Assembly: GCA_022842995.1 (NCBI GenBank)
Contig: JALHOM010000006.1
Coordinates: forward strand, 19,459 to 65,713
Length of the DNA stretch: 46,255 nucleotides
Source of the DNA: Candidatus Saccharimonadota bacterium
GTDB lineage: Bacteria > Patescibacteriota > Saccharimonadia > Saccharimonadales > 2-12-FULL-41-12
Direction: 5' to 3'
This document shows, in pieces, positions 1 to 9,008 of this stretch (within the stretch, counting starts at the first letter, position 1; each line of letters opens with the position of its first letter). The notes beneath the pieces were generated by a model. That model did no database searches and was not told the DNA's origin. It saw only the letters and a program-made list of their open reading frames with translations. Made by a program: the position numbers and the translations under genes.

Positions 1-1
1 A

Positions 2-829
2 TCTGTCGAGGCGGTACTTCGGAGCTTCTCTGGAGCTATAGGTCTTTTTGGTGAACAGGGGAGCGGCAGGTTTACTGTCGCCGCCCATATCATCGGTGAA
101 CTTGCTGATAAGCCAGCGGACAGCTTAGATAAGTGGCCCTACTTTAGGCGCCTCTCGGGTAAAGAGACGGGCATAGAATCGATAAGAGATTTGCAAAAGT
201 TTTTGCACTTAAGTGTACCTGGCGACGCACGCATCAAACGAGCGGTCGTTCTGGAAGATTTCGATCAAACATCGGCAGAGGCACAAAACGCGCTTCTCAA
301 AACTATCGAGGAACCACCAGTCGATACCGTCATAATAATCACCGCGAGCAGCGAAATCAGTATTTTGCCAACCGTTTTGTCTCGGATAACTAGTATCCCC
401 GTACTACCCATCTCAAAGTCCGAGATTATTAATCGTTTCTCGAGCGAAGTATCCGTGGCAGAGATCGATAGGTACTATAACTTATCAAGCGGACGAATCG
501 GAACGTTCATGGGGCTTATCAGCGCCGATACAGATAATCATGAAGTCCATGTCATAGAGTACGCCAAACAGCTACTGAGCCTATCTAGAGGTGAGAGATT
601 GGCGCGCATCGACGCAATAACTAAGTCAAAAGACCATACGCCGCTAGAAGTTATTGACGGGCTCGTCAAGATTCACCGAGCCATCCTCGTCTCGCGTCTC
701 AAACAAGCCAAAGACAAGGGCGAACTCACTGCTATGTATCGGAATCTCGAGGCATCATACGAGGCCCTGAGCGATGTCAGTAATGGAGTCCATGCTAAAT
801 TAGCGCTTTCACGACTCTTTATTTCTTGA
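2..829 (+). CDS. holB: DNA polymerase III delta' subunit (5'-truncated by the window edge)
   Basis: The frame is open from base 2 and contains a degenerate Walker A (LFGEQGSGRFT). It also has EAQNALLKTIEEPP and ILPTVLSR (SRC-like) clamp-loader motifs. Confidence 0.88.
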   Translation, partial: SVEAVLRSFSGAIGLFGEQGSGRFTVAAHIIGELADKPADSLDKWPYFRRLSGKETGIESIRDLQKFLHLSVPGDARIKRAVVLEDFDQTSAEAQNALLKTIEEPPVDTVIIITASSEISILPTVLSRITSIPVLPISKSEIINRFSSEVSVAEIDRYYNLSSGRIGTFMGLISADTDNHEVHVIEYAKQLLSLSRGERLARIDAITKSKDHTPLEVIDGLVKIHRAILVSRLKQAKDKGELTAMYRNLEASYEALSDVSNGVHAKLALSRLFIS

Positions 830-854
830 GGTAGTGGTATAATAATAACTACAT

Positions 855-1511
855 ATGGCCGAATTATTGATCCTGGCCGGGATTAGCACTCTCGTATTCA
901 GGGCTTTTGTGAAACATACACCCGAAGACCCAGATATGCCACATAAACTGAGTGATAAGCTTGGTAAGTTGTGGGATGTCGTTCATCAGGGTATGCGTGA
1001 AAACAGGTTGCTTCGCGCTGAAAAGGCCTTACTGACCATCCTTAAGATCGACGAAAAGAATGCCGCTGCCTATAACCGCCTCGGTATTTTGTATGCCAAG
1101 CAAAAAGAATTTAAAGATGCGATAGATTGCTTCGAAATCGCTTGCAGTATTGAACCAACGGCCTCGAGTCTTCATAACCTCGGTTTGATCTTCTATGAAA
1201 CAGAGAACTACCAAAAGTCTGTAACCGCATTTGACGAAGCCTTAAAGCTAGACGAAGAAATGGCCGCTCGCCATATTGCACTGGCAAAAGCACTAGAAAA
1301 ACTCGGTAACGACAAGCGCATGATCGCCGAGCTTGAAAGAGCTGCCGAGTTGGAGCCGACGCACGAAACTTACACGTTGCTCATGAAGTCCTACAAAGAT
1401 CAGGGCATGGAAGACAAGGCTGATTTGGTAGAAGATAAGCTCAAAAAGCTCTTGGTGCCATCTGGCAAGCGACGAACGCGCGTACGCCGTGCTAAGCGCG
1501 TTGTTGTGTAA
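855..1511 (+). CDS. TPR-repeat protein with N-terminal membrane anchor
   Basis: Repeated TPR patterns (AAAYNRLGILY, ASSLHNLGLIFY, ARHIALAKAL) and a hydrophobic N-terminus. TGGTATAAT lies at 835-843. Confidence 0.8.
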   Translation: MAELLILAGISTLVFRAFVKHTPEDPDMPHKLSDKLGKLWDVVHQGMRENRLLRAEKALLTILKIDEKNAAAYNRLGILYAKQKEFKDAIDCFEIACSIEPTASSLHNLGLIFYETENYQKSVTAFDEALKLDEEMAARHIALAKALEKLGNDKRMIAELERAAELEPTHETYTLLMKSYKDQGMEDKADLVEDKLKKLLVPSGKRRTRVRRAKRVVV

Positions 1512-1568
1512 CTGAGATGCCTGAAGCCAACGAAATACTAGTTGAATAATATCTAAGGTATAGCCGGA

Positions 1569-2201
1569 TTAAGAAGTTTCTAATTGAACAGTTTTAGGCT
1601 CAATACTAAAACTGTCTGGATAAAATATTTGCGGTATTCCTATTGTAAGTACAGGCCGGTTTATCACATCATTTGGTAGCCAATAGTCAGGTGAACCTTG
1701 TTTAATTCCAACTGTAGAATTATGAATCGAAGATCCGTAAAATCCTGCAAAAATCGGGTCTTTAATGTTGGGAATATATGTTTGCTCCCCATATATATAA
1801 AGCTTTGTCTTGAATGGTTCAATTACTGTTGTGCTACCTAGTCTAATGGCTTGTAAGATATTTGAGATCACATCAGTCCGTGAAGCAAGTCCTTCAACAG
1901 TATGAGGGGCTGAACTCAATACGATCAATTTTGTTCTTTCCTCAAACTCAATAGCGGTATCTCGTCGGATATCTGTATTATTTAAACCTAGTTCAGTGTA
2001 ATGCTGACGAACTACGCAGCCTATTTCAGAATCTATATAATCGAGTGCGTCCACCATAGAACGGATAACATCCTGTGGCCCCCAATACCAATTACTTCTT
2101 TTGGATAATGGTCGCTCATCTTCAGGAATTGCGTCACGTATTATTTCCCACTGATGATTAAGAAATTCTAGACTATCTTTGAATTCTGCTCTATCACTCA
2201 C
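1569..2201 (-). CDS. hypothetical protein (AT-rich, accessory)
   Basis: 210-codon ORF with GTG start preceded by AAGGA. No recognisable motif. Confidence 0.55.
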   Translation of the reverse strand: MSDRAEFKDSLEFLNHQWEIIRDAIPEDERPLSKRSNWYWGPQDVIRSMVDALDYIDSEIGCVVRQHYTELGLNNTDIRRDTAIEFEERTKLIVLSSAPHTVEGLASRTDVISNILQAIRLGSTTVIEPFKTKLYIYGEQTYIPNIKDPIFAGFYGSSIHNSTVGIKQGSPDYWLPNDVINRPVLTIGIPQIFYPDSFSIEPKTVQLETS

Positions 2202-2399
2202 ATGCTTTCCTTATTGATTATTTCAGGATTTGAAGATACTTGATCAGTAATATGCACTAAAATAACAAATATTGCAATACTTATCTGAATGCCACAACTC
2301 ACTATACTTTATTGGGCCGAGGTATAAAATTAAGGTAAAGAGGGAAGACGCAGGATATCGTCTTGTCTATTGAATTTTATTTTTTAAAGAGCGGTTGTT

Positions 2400-2843
2400 T
2401 TATAGGTCGTTGAAGCCGGCAAGCAGTGCGAGATATTCTGGGTCATTGGCATTTCTACCCATAGTTATGAATTGACTTACTTTTGACTGACTAATCCAGG
2501 AACTTGCGGAATGATCACTGGGATTAAGCTTGATATCTTCTGGTGAGCTGACGAGTGTTGCGTAGTAAATGATTTCGACGGTGTGGACTGTGTTGTCGTC
2601 GTTAACGTAATCAAAAACATAAAATGGTTGCTGGACTTCAATATTGGCGCCAAACTCTTCAAGGATTTCTCTTTTAAGGCCAGCGATAATGTTCTCTCCA
2701 AACTCAATATGACCTCCAGGTAGCTCATAGACGCCGGGTAAAAACTTTTTAGTGTCGGCTCGTTTAGCAATAAATACCTTTTTTGTTCCCTCGAATTCGT
2801 GCCAAATAAAGGCGCAGGCGGTAATTTCTTGAGTTGTATTCAT
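2400..2843 (-). CDS. NUDIX hydrolase (MutT-like)
   Basis: Nudix box PGGHIEFGENIIAGLKREILEEFG. The start was moved to ATG 2843 (MNTTQEIT) because the upstream extension runs through a structured RNA. Confidence 0.88.
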   Translation of the reverse strand: MNTTQEITACAFIWHEFEGTKKVFIAKRADTKKFLPGVYELPGGHIEFGENIIAGLKREILEEFGANIEVQQPFYVFDYVNDDNTVHTVEIIYYATLVSSPEDIKLNPSDHSASSWISQSKVSQFITMGRNANDPEYLALLAGFNDL

Positions 2844-2855
2844 CCGGTTTTTCAA

Positions 2856-2881
2856 AATTAATCGTATATATACGATTAATT
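2856..2881. terminator. 26-bp perfect palindrome, possible terminator on the - strand
   Basis: AATTAATCGTATA|TATACGATTAATT, ending in a short T run on the - strand. Confidence 0.45.
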
Positions 2882-2894
2882 GCCTGTTTATATA

Positions 2895-3037
2895 TGTAAG
2901 TGGATGGGACTTGACAGCGCGGATCACCCGACATACCACACCCATCATGCTAACATCTTATGGCTCGAGTTACGATTACCCATAAGCTTTCATATGAACT
3001 ATGTTCATGGCGTAGATCTAACTACGCTTCACTTACA
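2895..3037 (-). ncRNA. candidate structured, tRNA-like ncRNA or 5' leader
   Basis: A terminal 8-bp stem (2895-2902/3030-3037) encloses four hairpins. A sigma70-like promoter lies directly upstream. Confidence 0.55.
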
Positions 3038-3042
3038 GATTT

Positions 3043-3071
3043 ATCATATCAATAATTAAATCCCCTTGCGA
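3043..3071 (-). promoter_or_regulatory. sigma70-type promoter for the structured RNA
   Basis: On the - strand: TCGCAA-N17-TATGAT with a TG extension, ending 5 nt before the terminal stem. Confidence 0.55.
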
Positions 3072-3081
3072 GGGTAAATTC

Positions 3082-3094
3082 ATTTGGTGCAGGG
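3082..3094 (-). repeat. short copy of the tRNA-Tyr 3' end (att-like)
   Basis: ATTTGGTGCAGGG is identical to 3744-3756. Confidence 0.6.
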
Positions 3095-3115
3095 TTATCA
3101 ACAAGGGCAGAATAC

Positions 3116-3508
3116 TCATATTAAAAGTTTGATCGCTGCCCATGTTGACGGGGCAAACTTATCGGGTCCTAAACTTGCAATTTCATCTATTGAAAGCTGT
3201 ACTTTTCCTTGCCCTTCGTAAACTTCAAAATCCAACTCGATGATGTCGGCTACAAATACGTAACGAATACCTAAACCTTCACGAGAAAGGTCTAGCCTGC
3301 CTAATTCCTTAAATTTCATCTTATCAACATCTAACGAAGTTTCCTCTGAAAGTTCACGTTTCGCGGCTTGAAGCGGCGTTTCGTCGGACTCGATAGCACC
3401 ACCAAAGCCTGCGAATAATCCAGGAGACGCAATTCCAGGCTTATTATCTCGATGCTGGAAGCAGTACTTACTACCATTCTTTAGTATGGTAAGTGCTACT
3501 GTATTCAT
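3116..3508 (-). CDS. NUDIX hydrolase
   Basis: Nudix box FGGAIESDETPLQAAKRELSEET. TGTTATACT lies 6 nt before the ATG, suggesting a leaderless mRNA. Confidence 0.88.
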   Translation of the reverse strand: MNTVALTILKNGSKYCFQHRDNKPGIASPGLFAGFGGAIESDETPLQAAKRELSEETSLDVDKMKFKELGRLDLSREGLGIRYVFVADIIELDFEVYEGQGKVQLSIDEIASLGPDKFAPSTWAAIKLLI

Positions 3509-3565
3509 GGGTTAAGTATAACAAAAAGGACGCCGTAAAGAATTATAGGCTATTTTGTATCGACT

Positions 3566-3703
3566 TGGTGCAGGGAGAGGGATTTGACCTTGCCTCGCAA
3601 ATGAAATTTACATTTGCTTAAGGCAATTTTTGAACACAGTTCAAAAACCAAGGGCGGGGTTAGTCCACAGGACTAACCCGTTCAAATCCACTCTTCGCCT
3701 CCA
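3566..3703. mobile_element. MITE-like hairpin element bounded by two outward-facing tRNA 3' ends
   Basis: 3565-3587 duplicates the tRNA-Tyr 3' end at 3746-3768. 3681-3703 (TTCAAATCCACTCTTCGCCTCCA) is a Cys-type tRNA 3' end on +. Three hairpins lie between them. Confidence 0.55.
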
Positions 3704-3710
3704 CAAAATC

Positions 3711-3740
3711 AAAAAAGACTACCAGACTTGGTAGACTTTC
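3711..3740 (-). terminator. intrinsic terminator of tRNA-Tyr
   Basis: On the - strand a CTACCA/TGGTAG stem is followed by TCTTTTTT. Confidence 0.65.
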
Positions 3741-3746
3741 TCGATT

Positions 3747-3831
3747 TGGTGCAGGGAGAGGGATTTGAACCCCCGAACCCGATGGGAGCTGATTTACAGT
3801 CAGCCGTGTTTGACCGCTTCACTATCCCTGC
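3747..3831 (-). tRNA. tRNA-Tyr(GTA)
   Basis: Cloverleaf with GCAGGGA/TCCCTGC acceptor stem, anticodon loop CT-GTA-AA, long variable arm, GGTTCAAATCC and encoded CCA. Confidence 0.96.
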
Positions 3832-3935
3832 ATGGTATGTAATTTATAGATTTCAATTATCAATTAGCATTCATTACGCCAAAATAGGAGTAGCAATAAA
3901 TGAAGTATGTAAAAGAAAAATGATAAATGAACTAA

Positions 3936-4012
3936 TGGAGCCACCTGTCGGACTCGAACCGACGACCCTCTGTTTACAAAACAGATGCTCTAACCAACTG
4001 AGCTAAGGTGGC
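3936..4012 (-). tRNA. tRNA-Thr(TGT)
   Basis: GCCACCT/AGGTGGC acceptor stem, TCTGT-TTTGTAA-ACAGA anticodon arm, GGTTCGAGTCC and CCA. Confidence 0.96.
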
Positions 4013-4136
4013 GTAACTTCGGTCAGTATTGTATCAAATTGACCGGAGTGGGGCAAGGTAAAGTATTTTTCATTTCTTCTAAACAATAATACTAGGTTAT
4101 GACCTCCATTTTTGCTATAATTTTCTTCTAGATTGT

Positions 4137-4211
<75 letters not shown>

Positions 4212-4250
4212 TTTACATCTGTTAAAAAATTTGATATAATTTACAACCAT

Positions 4251-4457
4251 ATGGGAAAAAAGAACGACAAACGTAAGTTGGTAGGACTAGTTTCGGAAGA
4301 GACAGGACATCGAACTTACTACACCACCAAGAACACGATGAATACTCCGGACAAATTACAGCTTCGGAAGTATGACCCTATTGCTCGCAAGCATGTACTG
4401 TACGTTGAGACCAAGAAAAACTTGGGTCGCAACGAAGTCAAACCACGCAAGAAATAG
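4251..4457 (+). CDS. rpmG: 50S ribosomal protein L33 (Cys-free form)
   Basis: RTYYTTKN...[19 protein letters not shown]. The start is ATG 4251, after TGATATAAT; the longer ORF overlaps the tRNA. Confidence 0.93.
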   Translation: MGKKNDKRKLVGLVSEETGHRTYYTTKNTMNTPDKLQLRKYDPIARKHVLYVETKKNLGRNEVKPRKK

Positions 4458-4476
4458 TTAATTCGTATTTGAAATC

Positions 4477-4510
4477 ACTCTCGTAAGCTTAGTCTTGGCG
4501 AGAGTTTTTT
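4477..4510 (+). terminator. terminator between convergent rpmG and GH15 genes
   Basis: ACTCTCG...CGAGAGT stem followed by a T tract. Confidence 0.6.
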
Positions 4511-6458
4511 AATCTTTAAATTTCGTATAGAAGTCTAGTACCGTATTAATGTATTCGGCGTGACTCCAGACAAGGGGCGTGACTGAAATCGGTGAACGAT
4601 CTTTTGATGACATTTGTTCTGGCATTATCCCGCTTGGTAGGGCGGCTGCCTCGGCAATTTGAATCAATTTCTCGGCTTGGTATTTGTTCGATGAGCGGAT
4701 GTAATATTGAGCCAACCACATTGTAGTCACGATCCAAGGGTTGCCGTACTGCTCGTCATCAGGTTTGAAGTAGTAGTCTCCGATATAGCGTACGATTCCC
4801 GTATGCTCAACTCTCTCAAGGCTGATAGTCTGTATCATTGTGTCGACAGTCGACTGCAGGAGTGTGTGTTCTTCGGGTTCGTAATACCCAAATATCATAC
4901 CTCCCCAGAAGCTGGAGCAATCGAGGGTGTTGTCGTACGACAAATCACCAGTGCGTGTATCGAGCAACAATCCTTTACGTAGTGTTCCGTTCTCTGGATT
5001 TGTAAAGGCGGCTCGTGAGTTTTTGATGGTTTCGGCGGACTTCAACCAACCGGCGGACAGCTCGGATTTGCCTAATGTCTGAGCGAGCTCTGCAGCCGTA
5101 AGTAGGCCAGCGTATGTACAGGCAGTCGTATAAGTGCTGGTTAAAAATCGTTCTTCCCATAAATCGTAGCTGGCATGCGGCAGGCCTGTTTGTTCGTCCA
5201 TGAAGGTCGACAGGAAATTTGCTGCGGGTACAACGTAACCGTTAAACATTTGCCTTACGAAATCTTCATCACCAGAGTAGCGGAGATATTCACCGAGCAT
5301 AAAGATAGTGATTGCTGTTTCGTCCTCTTGAATAGGTAACTCCTCAACACTATTCCGAAGCAAGGGATGCCAAGTACTACCGACGGTTCGGTCGGGCTGA
5401 TACTTGTGCATCAGAAAACCCTCGATTGTGATGATATCTCGGCAGAAGTTAAAGAAACTTTTAGCCTCTTCATAAAATCCCATCCGAATCAGGGGCCAGA
5501 TAGCCAAAGATCCATCCCTCGGCCAAACGTAGGAGTAGTAGTCCCTGCCATAGTTGTATATCGAAGAATCGCAGGAGGCTATGATTCCTCCGCGCGCGTC
5601 ACAATGAGCCTTGATGACGAGTAATGATTTTTTGATCAACTTTTGGCGCTCAGAAGGGATGTTGTCGAGTGATTTACTCTGCATGAACCAATTATTCCAA
5701 TATAGCAGATTCATGTTTATCCGCGTGAATAAGCCTTGTTTTAGAGTCTCGTTAATTTTTTCACATTCGTATTGCGAGTCGGCGGCGATGACCCAATAGT
5801 CAATTGACTCGGATTTACCCGGCTCTAGATCGACAGAAAATCGAATAACAGAGTCAACGCCACCGTGCTCGACGCTATTACCCGATAATTCTCCGTCTTC
5901 GGCATCGGCATAGGTGCCACTTTTGCCTTCAAGGCCATAATTTCCAACGGCAAATTGATCGAATGATTGATTGTCCTGTAGATTACTTCCACTGATGAGT
6001 AAGCTGCATCGGCCTTTATAATCCAAGATGTAATTATGGCCCGGTACGTAAAGCGCTGTATCGGCTCGACCATGATTAGAGATTTCGAACACTTGGTGCA
6101 TAAACAGGCGAATAGATTGCTTCTGCTTGGAATTATTGGTGATTTTTATCTTTCGGCAAAAGGCGTTGTACTCATAGTCGACAAAGTCGGTCGAGGCTAA
6201 TTCTACTTCGAGATGAGGGTTCACCATTGAAGTGGTTGCCACTAAAGCTCCGTCCGACAGATCGACTTGGCAGCCCCAGTCGTTGCTATCTACCCAAGAA
6301 AATACATCATTGACCGAAACGCCGATTCGGTGGTGCATACTCCGAGCGGTCGTCAAATTTTCTTGTCCAACGTAAGGATAATAGAAGTCATGGACCATCC
6401 CAATTTCGTTCAAGCCTACCGTTAGCTTGCCATTGCCCAAAATGACAGCGCGTCCCAT
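4509..6458 (-). CDS. GH15 glucoamylase-family glycoside hydrolase
   Basis: YSYVWPRD, YDLWEE and PEQ...PLVWSHA motifs. Confidence 0.9.
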   Translation of the reverse strand: MGRAVILGNGKLTVGLNEIGMVHDFYYPYVGQENLTTARSMHHRIGVSVNDVFSWVDSNDWGCQVDLSDGALVATTSMVNPHLEVELASTDFVDYEYNAFCRKIKITNNSKQKQSIRLFMHQVFEISNHGRADTALYVPGHNYILDYKGRCSLLISGSNLQDNQSFDQFAVGNYGLEGKSGTYADAEDGELSGNSVEHGGVDSVIRFSVDLEPGKSESIDYWVIAADSQYECEKINETLKQGLFTRINMNLLYWNNWFMQSKSLDNIPSERQKLIKKSLLVIKAHCDARGGIIASCDSSIYNYGRDYYSYVWPRDGSLAIWPLIRMGFYEEAKSFFNFCRDIITIEGFLMHKYQPDRTVGSTWHPLLRNSVEELPIQEDETAITIFMLGEYLRYSGDEDFVRQMFNGYVVPAANFLSTFMDEQTGLPHASYDLWEERFLTSTYTTACTYAGLLTAAELAQTLGKSELSAGWLKSAETIKNSRAAFTNPENGTLRKGLLLDTRTGDLSYDNTLDCSSFWGGMIFGYYEPEEHTLLQSTVDTMIQTISLERVEHTGIVRYIGDYYFKPDDEQYGNPWIVTTMWLAQYYIRSSNKYQAEKLIQIAEAAALPSGIMPEQMSSKDRSPISVTPLVWSHAEYINTVLDFYTKFKD

Positions 6459-6460
6459 GA

Positions 6461-7666
6461 CTACCTGAAATCCCCAGACCTTAATCTCATGTCCTGCCAG
6501 GCGTTCATAAAGGCAATAAAGGCGTCATACGGGTTATCGTAAGGACTGAAATAGGCATGGATATCGCCGTCGTTAAACCACTTGGTACACATATAATAAA
6601 AATGGTCAGACGTCTGGAGTTTACGCCAATCGTCAATGAGTGTTTGGTTTCCCGAGTTCAATACAGCATCTTTGATCGAATATATGGCATCCAGTGCTTG
6701 TTGTTGCATGCTATTTCCGACCCAGGCAGATAGATCACGCTCGGTATCTGCCCACGTAACGACGTTAGGCATATCAACACGATCAACCGTTGGGTACGAA
6801 TCGGCTGTTTCGGACACAGTCTTGAAATCATGCTCTGGATTTGTTAGCCAGATTTCAGGGAGATGAGTCAAGAAGTCGAAAATCCCGGATTCGTGCCATT
6901 GGTGCTCACCGAAGGTCTCGTAATCCATAAATAGATTGAAGTTGGTAGCATCTCCTGACTCACTGAGCCAATGCGAGAATTTATCGGCGGTCAATGGCCA
7001 CTCGGCCCATGACTGATCGCCGAATCGAAAGGCGATATCGTCACTGAGCTTGTAGTTTTTGAGTAGAAGCTTCAGATTCCCGTCGATATAGGATGGCTGA
7101 TAAACGAAATTCGGGCTCCTCCAGTCCAAGATTGGATCCCAGCCCTCGGCCAAGATTACTTTGTAGCCTGCTTCGTTAGCCCACCAAGCGAGGTCGTTGT
7201 TATAGGCAAGCTCGGTGTTTCGGAAGGCTGTCGGAGTTTGGCCGAAGGTGTCCTGAATGAGATTTTTATGTTGGTCTACTTGGGCAATAAACTCATCTCG
7301 GTCGTAGAAAAAGGCTAAGGAGTGGTGATACGTTTCACCGACGATTTCAACTCGTCCTGTTTGAGCAAGCATTTGAAAGGAACGGAGGCTCTCTGGACTC
7401 CAGCGTTTCATTTGCTCTATGGCCGTACCGGTAATCGACAAGCTGATTTTGAAGCCAGGGTGTTTATGAAGAAGATCTAGTAACCGGGCGTTGGTTGCCA
7501 GATACGACTTTTCGGCGACTTTATGCATGATTCTTTCGTTGCTGGTGCGGTCGTGGTATTCGGCGTCAAAGTAGTCGCTCCTCAGTCCGCTATCGAAGAC
7601 AGAGTAGTGTCTGACCCTAAAGGGCTGATGCACATGGAGGTATAAAACGATTGATTTTTGGCTCAT
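6461..7666 (-). CDS. GH57 alpha-amylase-family glycoside hydrolase
   Basis: HVHQP, ETYHH, FRNTEL, MDYETFGEH and TSDHFYY conserved GH57 regions. Confidence 0.92.
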   Translation of the reverse strand: MSQKSIVLYLHVHQPFRVRHYSVFDSGLRSDYFDAEYHDRTSNERIMHKVAEKSYLATNARLLDLLHKHPGFKISLSITGTAIEQMKRWSPESLRSFQMLAQTGRVEIVGETYHHSLAFFYDRDEFIAQVDQHKNLIQDTFGQTPTAFRNTELAYNNDLAWWANEAGYKVILAEGWDPILDWRSPNFVYQPSYIDGNLKLLLKNYKLSDDIAFRFGDQSWAEWPLTADKFSHWLSESGDATNFNLFMDYETFGEHQWHESGIFDFLTHLPEIWLTNPEHDFKTVSETADSYPTVDRVDMPNVVTWADTERDLSAWVGNSMQQQALDAIYSIKDAVLNSGNQTLIDDWRKLQTSDHFYYMCTKWFNDGDIHAYFSPYDNPYDAFIAFMNAWQDMRLRSGDFR

Positions 7667-8856
7667 ATCGCTACCGCCTGATGGTGCTCCTTATATGTTG
7701 AAAGGAGAGTTTTTGCGGTCTTATCCCAGCTCAATTTACTGAGTTCACGGTTTAAGTCGTATTTTAGTGAGCTTTGTAATCCGTCATAACTGACAAAAGA
7801 GATAATTTGATCAGCCATCTTGTGAATATCCCAGAAATCTACCTTTAGACAGCTTTGCAAAACTTCAGCAATTCCAGATTGGCGGGATATTAAGGACGGC
7901 GTATCGTAGTAGGCAGCTTCTAGTGGCGTCAGCCCGAAAGGTTCTGAAATAGAGGGCATAACGAATAAGTCGCTAATAGCAAAAGCGTCACGCCAGCGTT
8001 TGCCGCGCTGGAAATCTACAAAAATAACATTCCTGGCAATCCCCAAGCTAGCTGCCAGTTCGATGAGCTCTCTTTTTTGATCACCAGAGCCGATAATCAA
8101 AAAAATGGTCTTTGGCTGTTTTTCAACGACTAATTGAGCAGCCCGCAGGAAGCCACCAAGACCTTTTTGGATTGTCAGTCTACCGATATTTGTAACGACG
8201 CGGTAGCCTTCTTGTTTAAGTTTCGACAGCAGCCGATATTCGTTATCGCCCTGTAGATCTTCCATAAAATCGAGATCGAGACTATTGTGAGCCACGACGA
8301 TTTTGTCGGCAGGAATGCCGTATTCATGAACAATCTTTTGTTTGGTGAGCTCACTAACAGCCACGATACGATCGGCAATCGACAGACCCATCCTCTCGAT
8401 TTCATGCACTAGTGGATTCCCGTGCTTGCCGCCAGCTCTATCAGATTCAATCGAATGTACATGTAGAATAAGTGGCTTACCTGAAAGCTCTCTGGCACGC
8501 AGTGCCGCGCGGAATGTTAACCAGTCATGGGCATGGATTATATCGAAATCAGTTTCAATAACGATTTTTTCAATTGCTTTTTGGTAGTTTGCCTCGACAG
8601 AGTAAATATCTTTACCGAGTGTTGACGATCCTTCGTAAAATGTTGCCGAATCATAAACTCCAGAAATCACGGCAGGGTGAGCTAATTTTGCGTAAATCAC
8701 ATTCATGAAATCGAACTGCTCGTTGCCGACGTAGGGGACAACAAAATCGATCTTAGCGCCAAGTTTAGACAATGATTTAGAGAGCTGAAGGCAGGCGACA
8801 CCTAAGCCACCACTGTTATGTGGCGGCAATTCCCACCCAAGCATCAATACCCTCAT
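7663..8856 (-). CDS. GT4 glycosyltransferase (glycogen-synthase-like)
   Basis: MLGWELPP..SGGLG, IHAHDW and SEPFGLTPLEA. The gene is translationally coupled to GH57. Confidence 0.9.
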   Translation of the reverse strand: MRVLMLGWELPPHNSGGLGVACLQLSKSLSKLGAKIDFVVPYVGNEQFDFMNVIYAKLAHPAVISGVYDSATFYEGSSTLGKDIYSVEANYQKAIEKIVIETDFDIIHAHDWLTFRAALRARELSGKPLILHVHSIESDRAGGKHGNPLVHEIERMGLSIADRIVAVSELTKQKIVHEYGIPADKIVVAHNSLDLDFMEDLQGDNEYRLLSKLKQEGYRVVTNIGRLTIQKGLGGFLRAAQLVVEKQPKTIFLIIGSGDQKRELIELAASLGIARNVIFVDFQRGKRWRDAFAISDLFVMPSISEPFGLTPLEAAYYDTPSLISRQSGIAEVLQSCLKVDFWDIHKMADQIISFVSYDGLQSSLKYDLNRELSKLSWDKTAKTLLSTYKEHHQAVAI

Positions 8857-8990
8857 AATGCGTTAATTTTGCCTCTTACGTTGCTAGCTAATCTATCTGC
8901 TTAAAGTATAAGCGTTTACTAGATGAACAGCAACCACTTTAATCTGTAATTGCTTGACTGTTAGTGCCGTAAATCACACTGGACAGAATG

Positions 8991-8999
8991 TGGTATAAT
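8991..8999 (+). promoter_or_regulatory. extended -10 promoter of the ileS leader
   Basis: TGGTATAAT. Confidence 0.65.
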
Positions 9000-9008
9000 A
9001 TTAGCAAA

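Noticed and set aside
2844-2948. N-terminal extension of the NUDIX ORF to 2948
   Set aside because: It runs through the palindrome and structured RNA and adds no domain; ATG 2843 fits NUDIX length.
2895-3037. Lysine riboswitch (+ strand five-way topology) or retron msr-msd
   Set aside because: The AGAGGNGC-type core is absent, G-U pairs and the promoter favour the - strand, and no reverse transcriptase is in the window.
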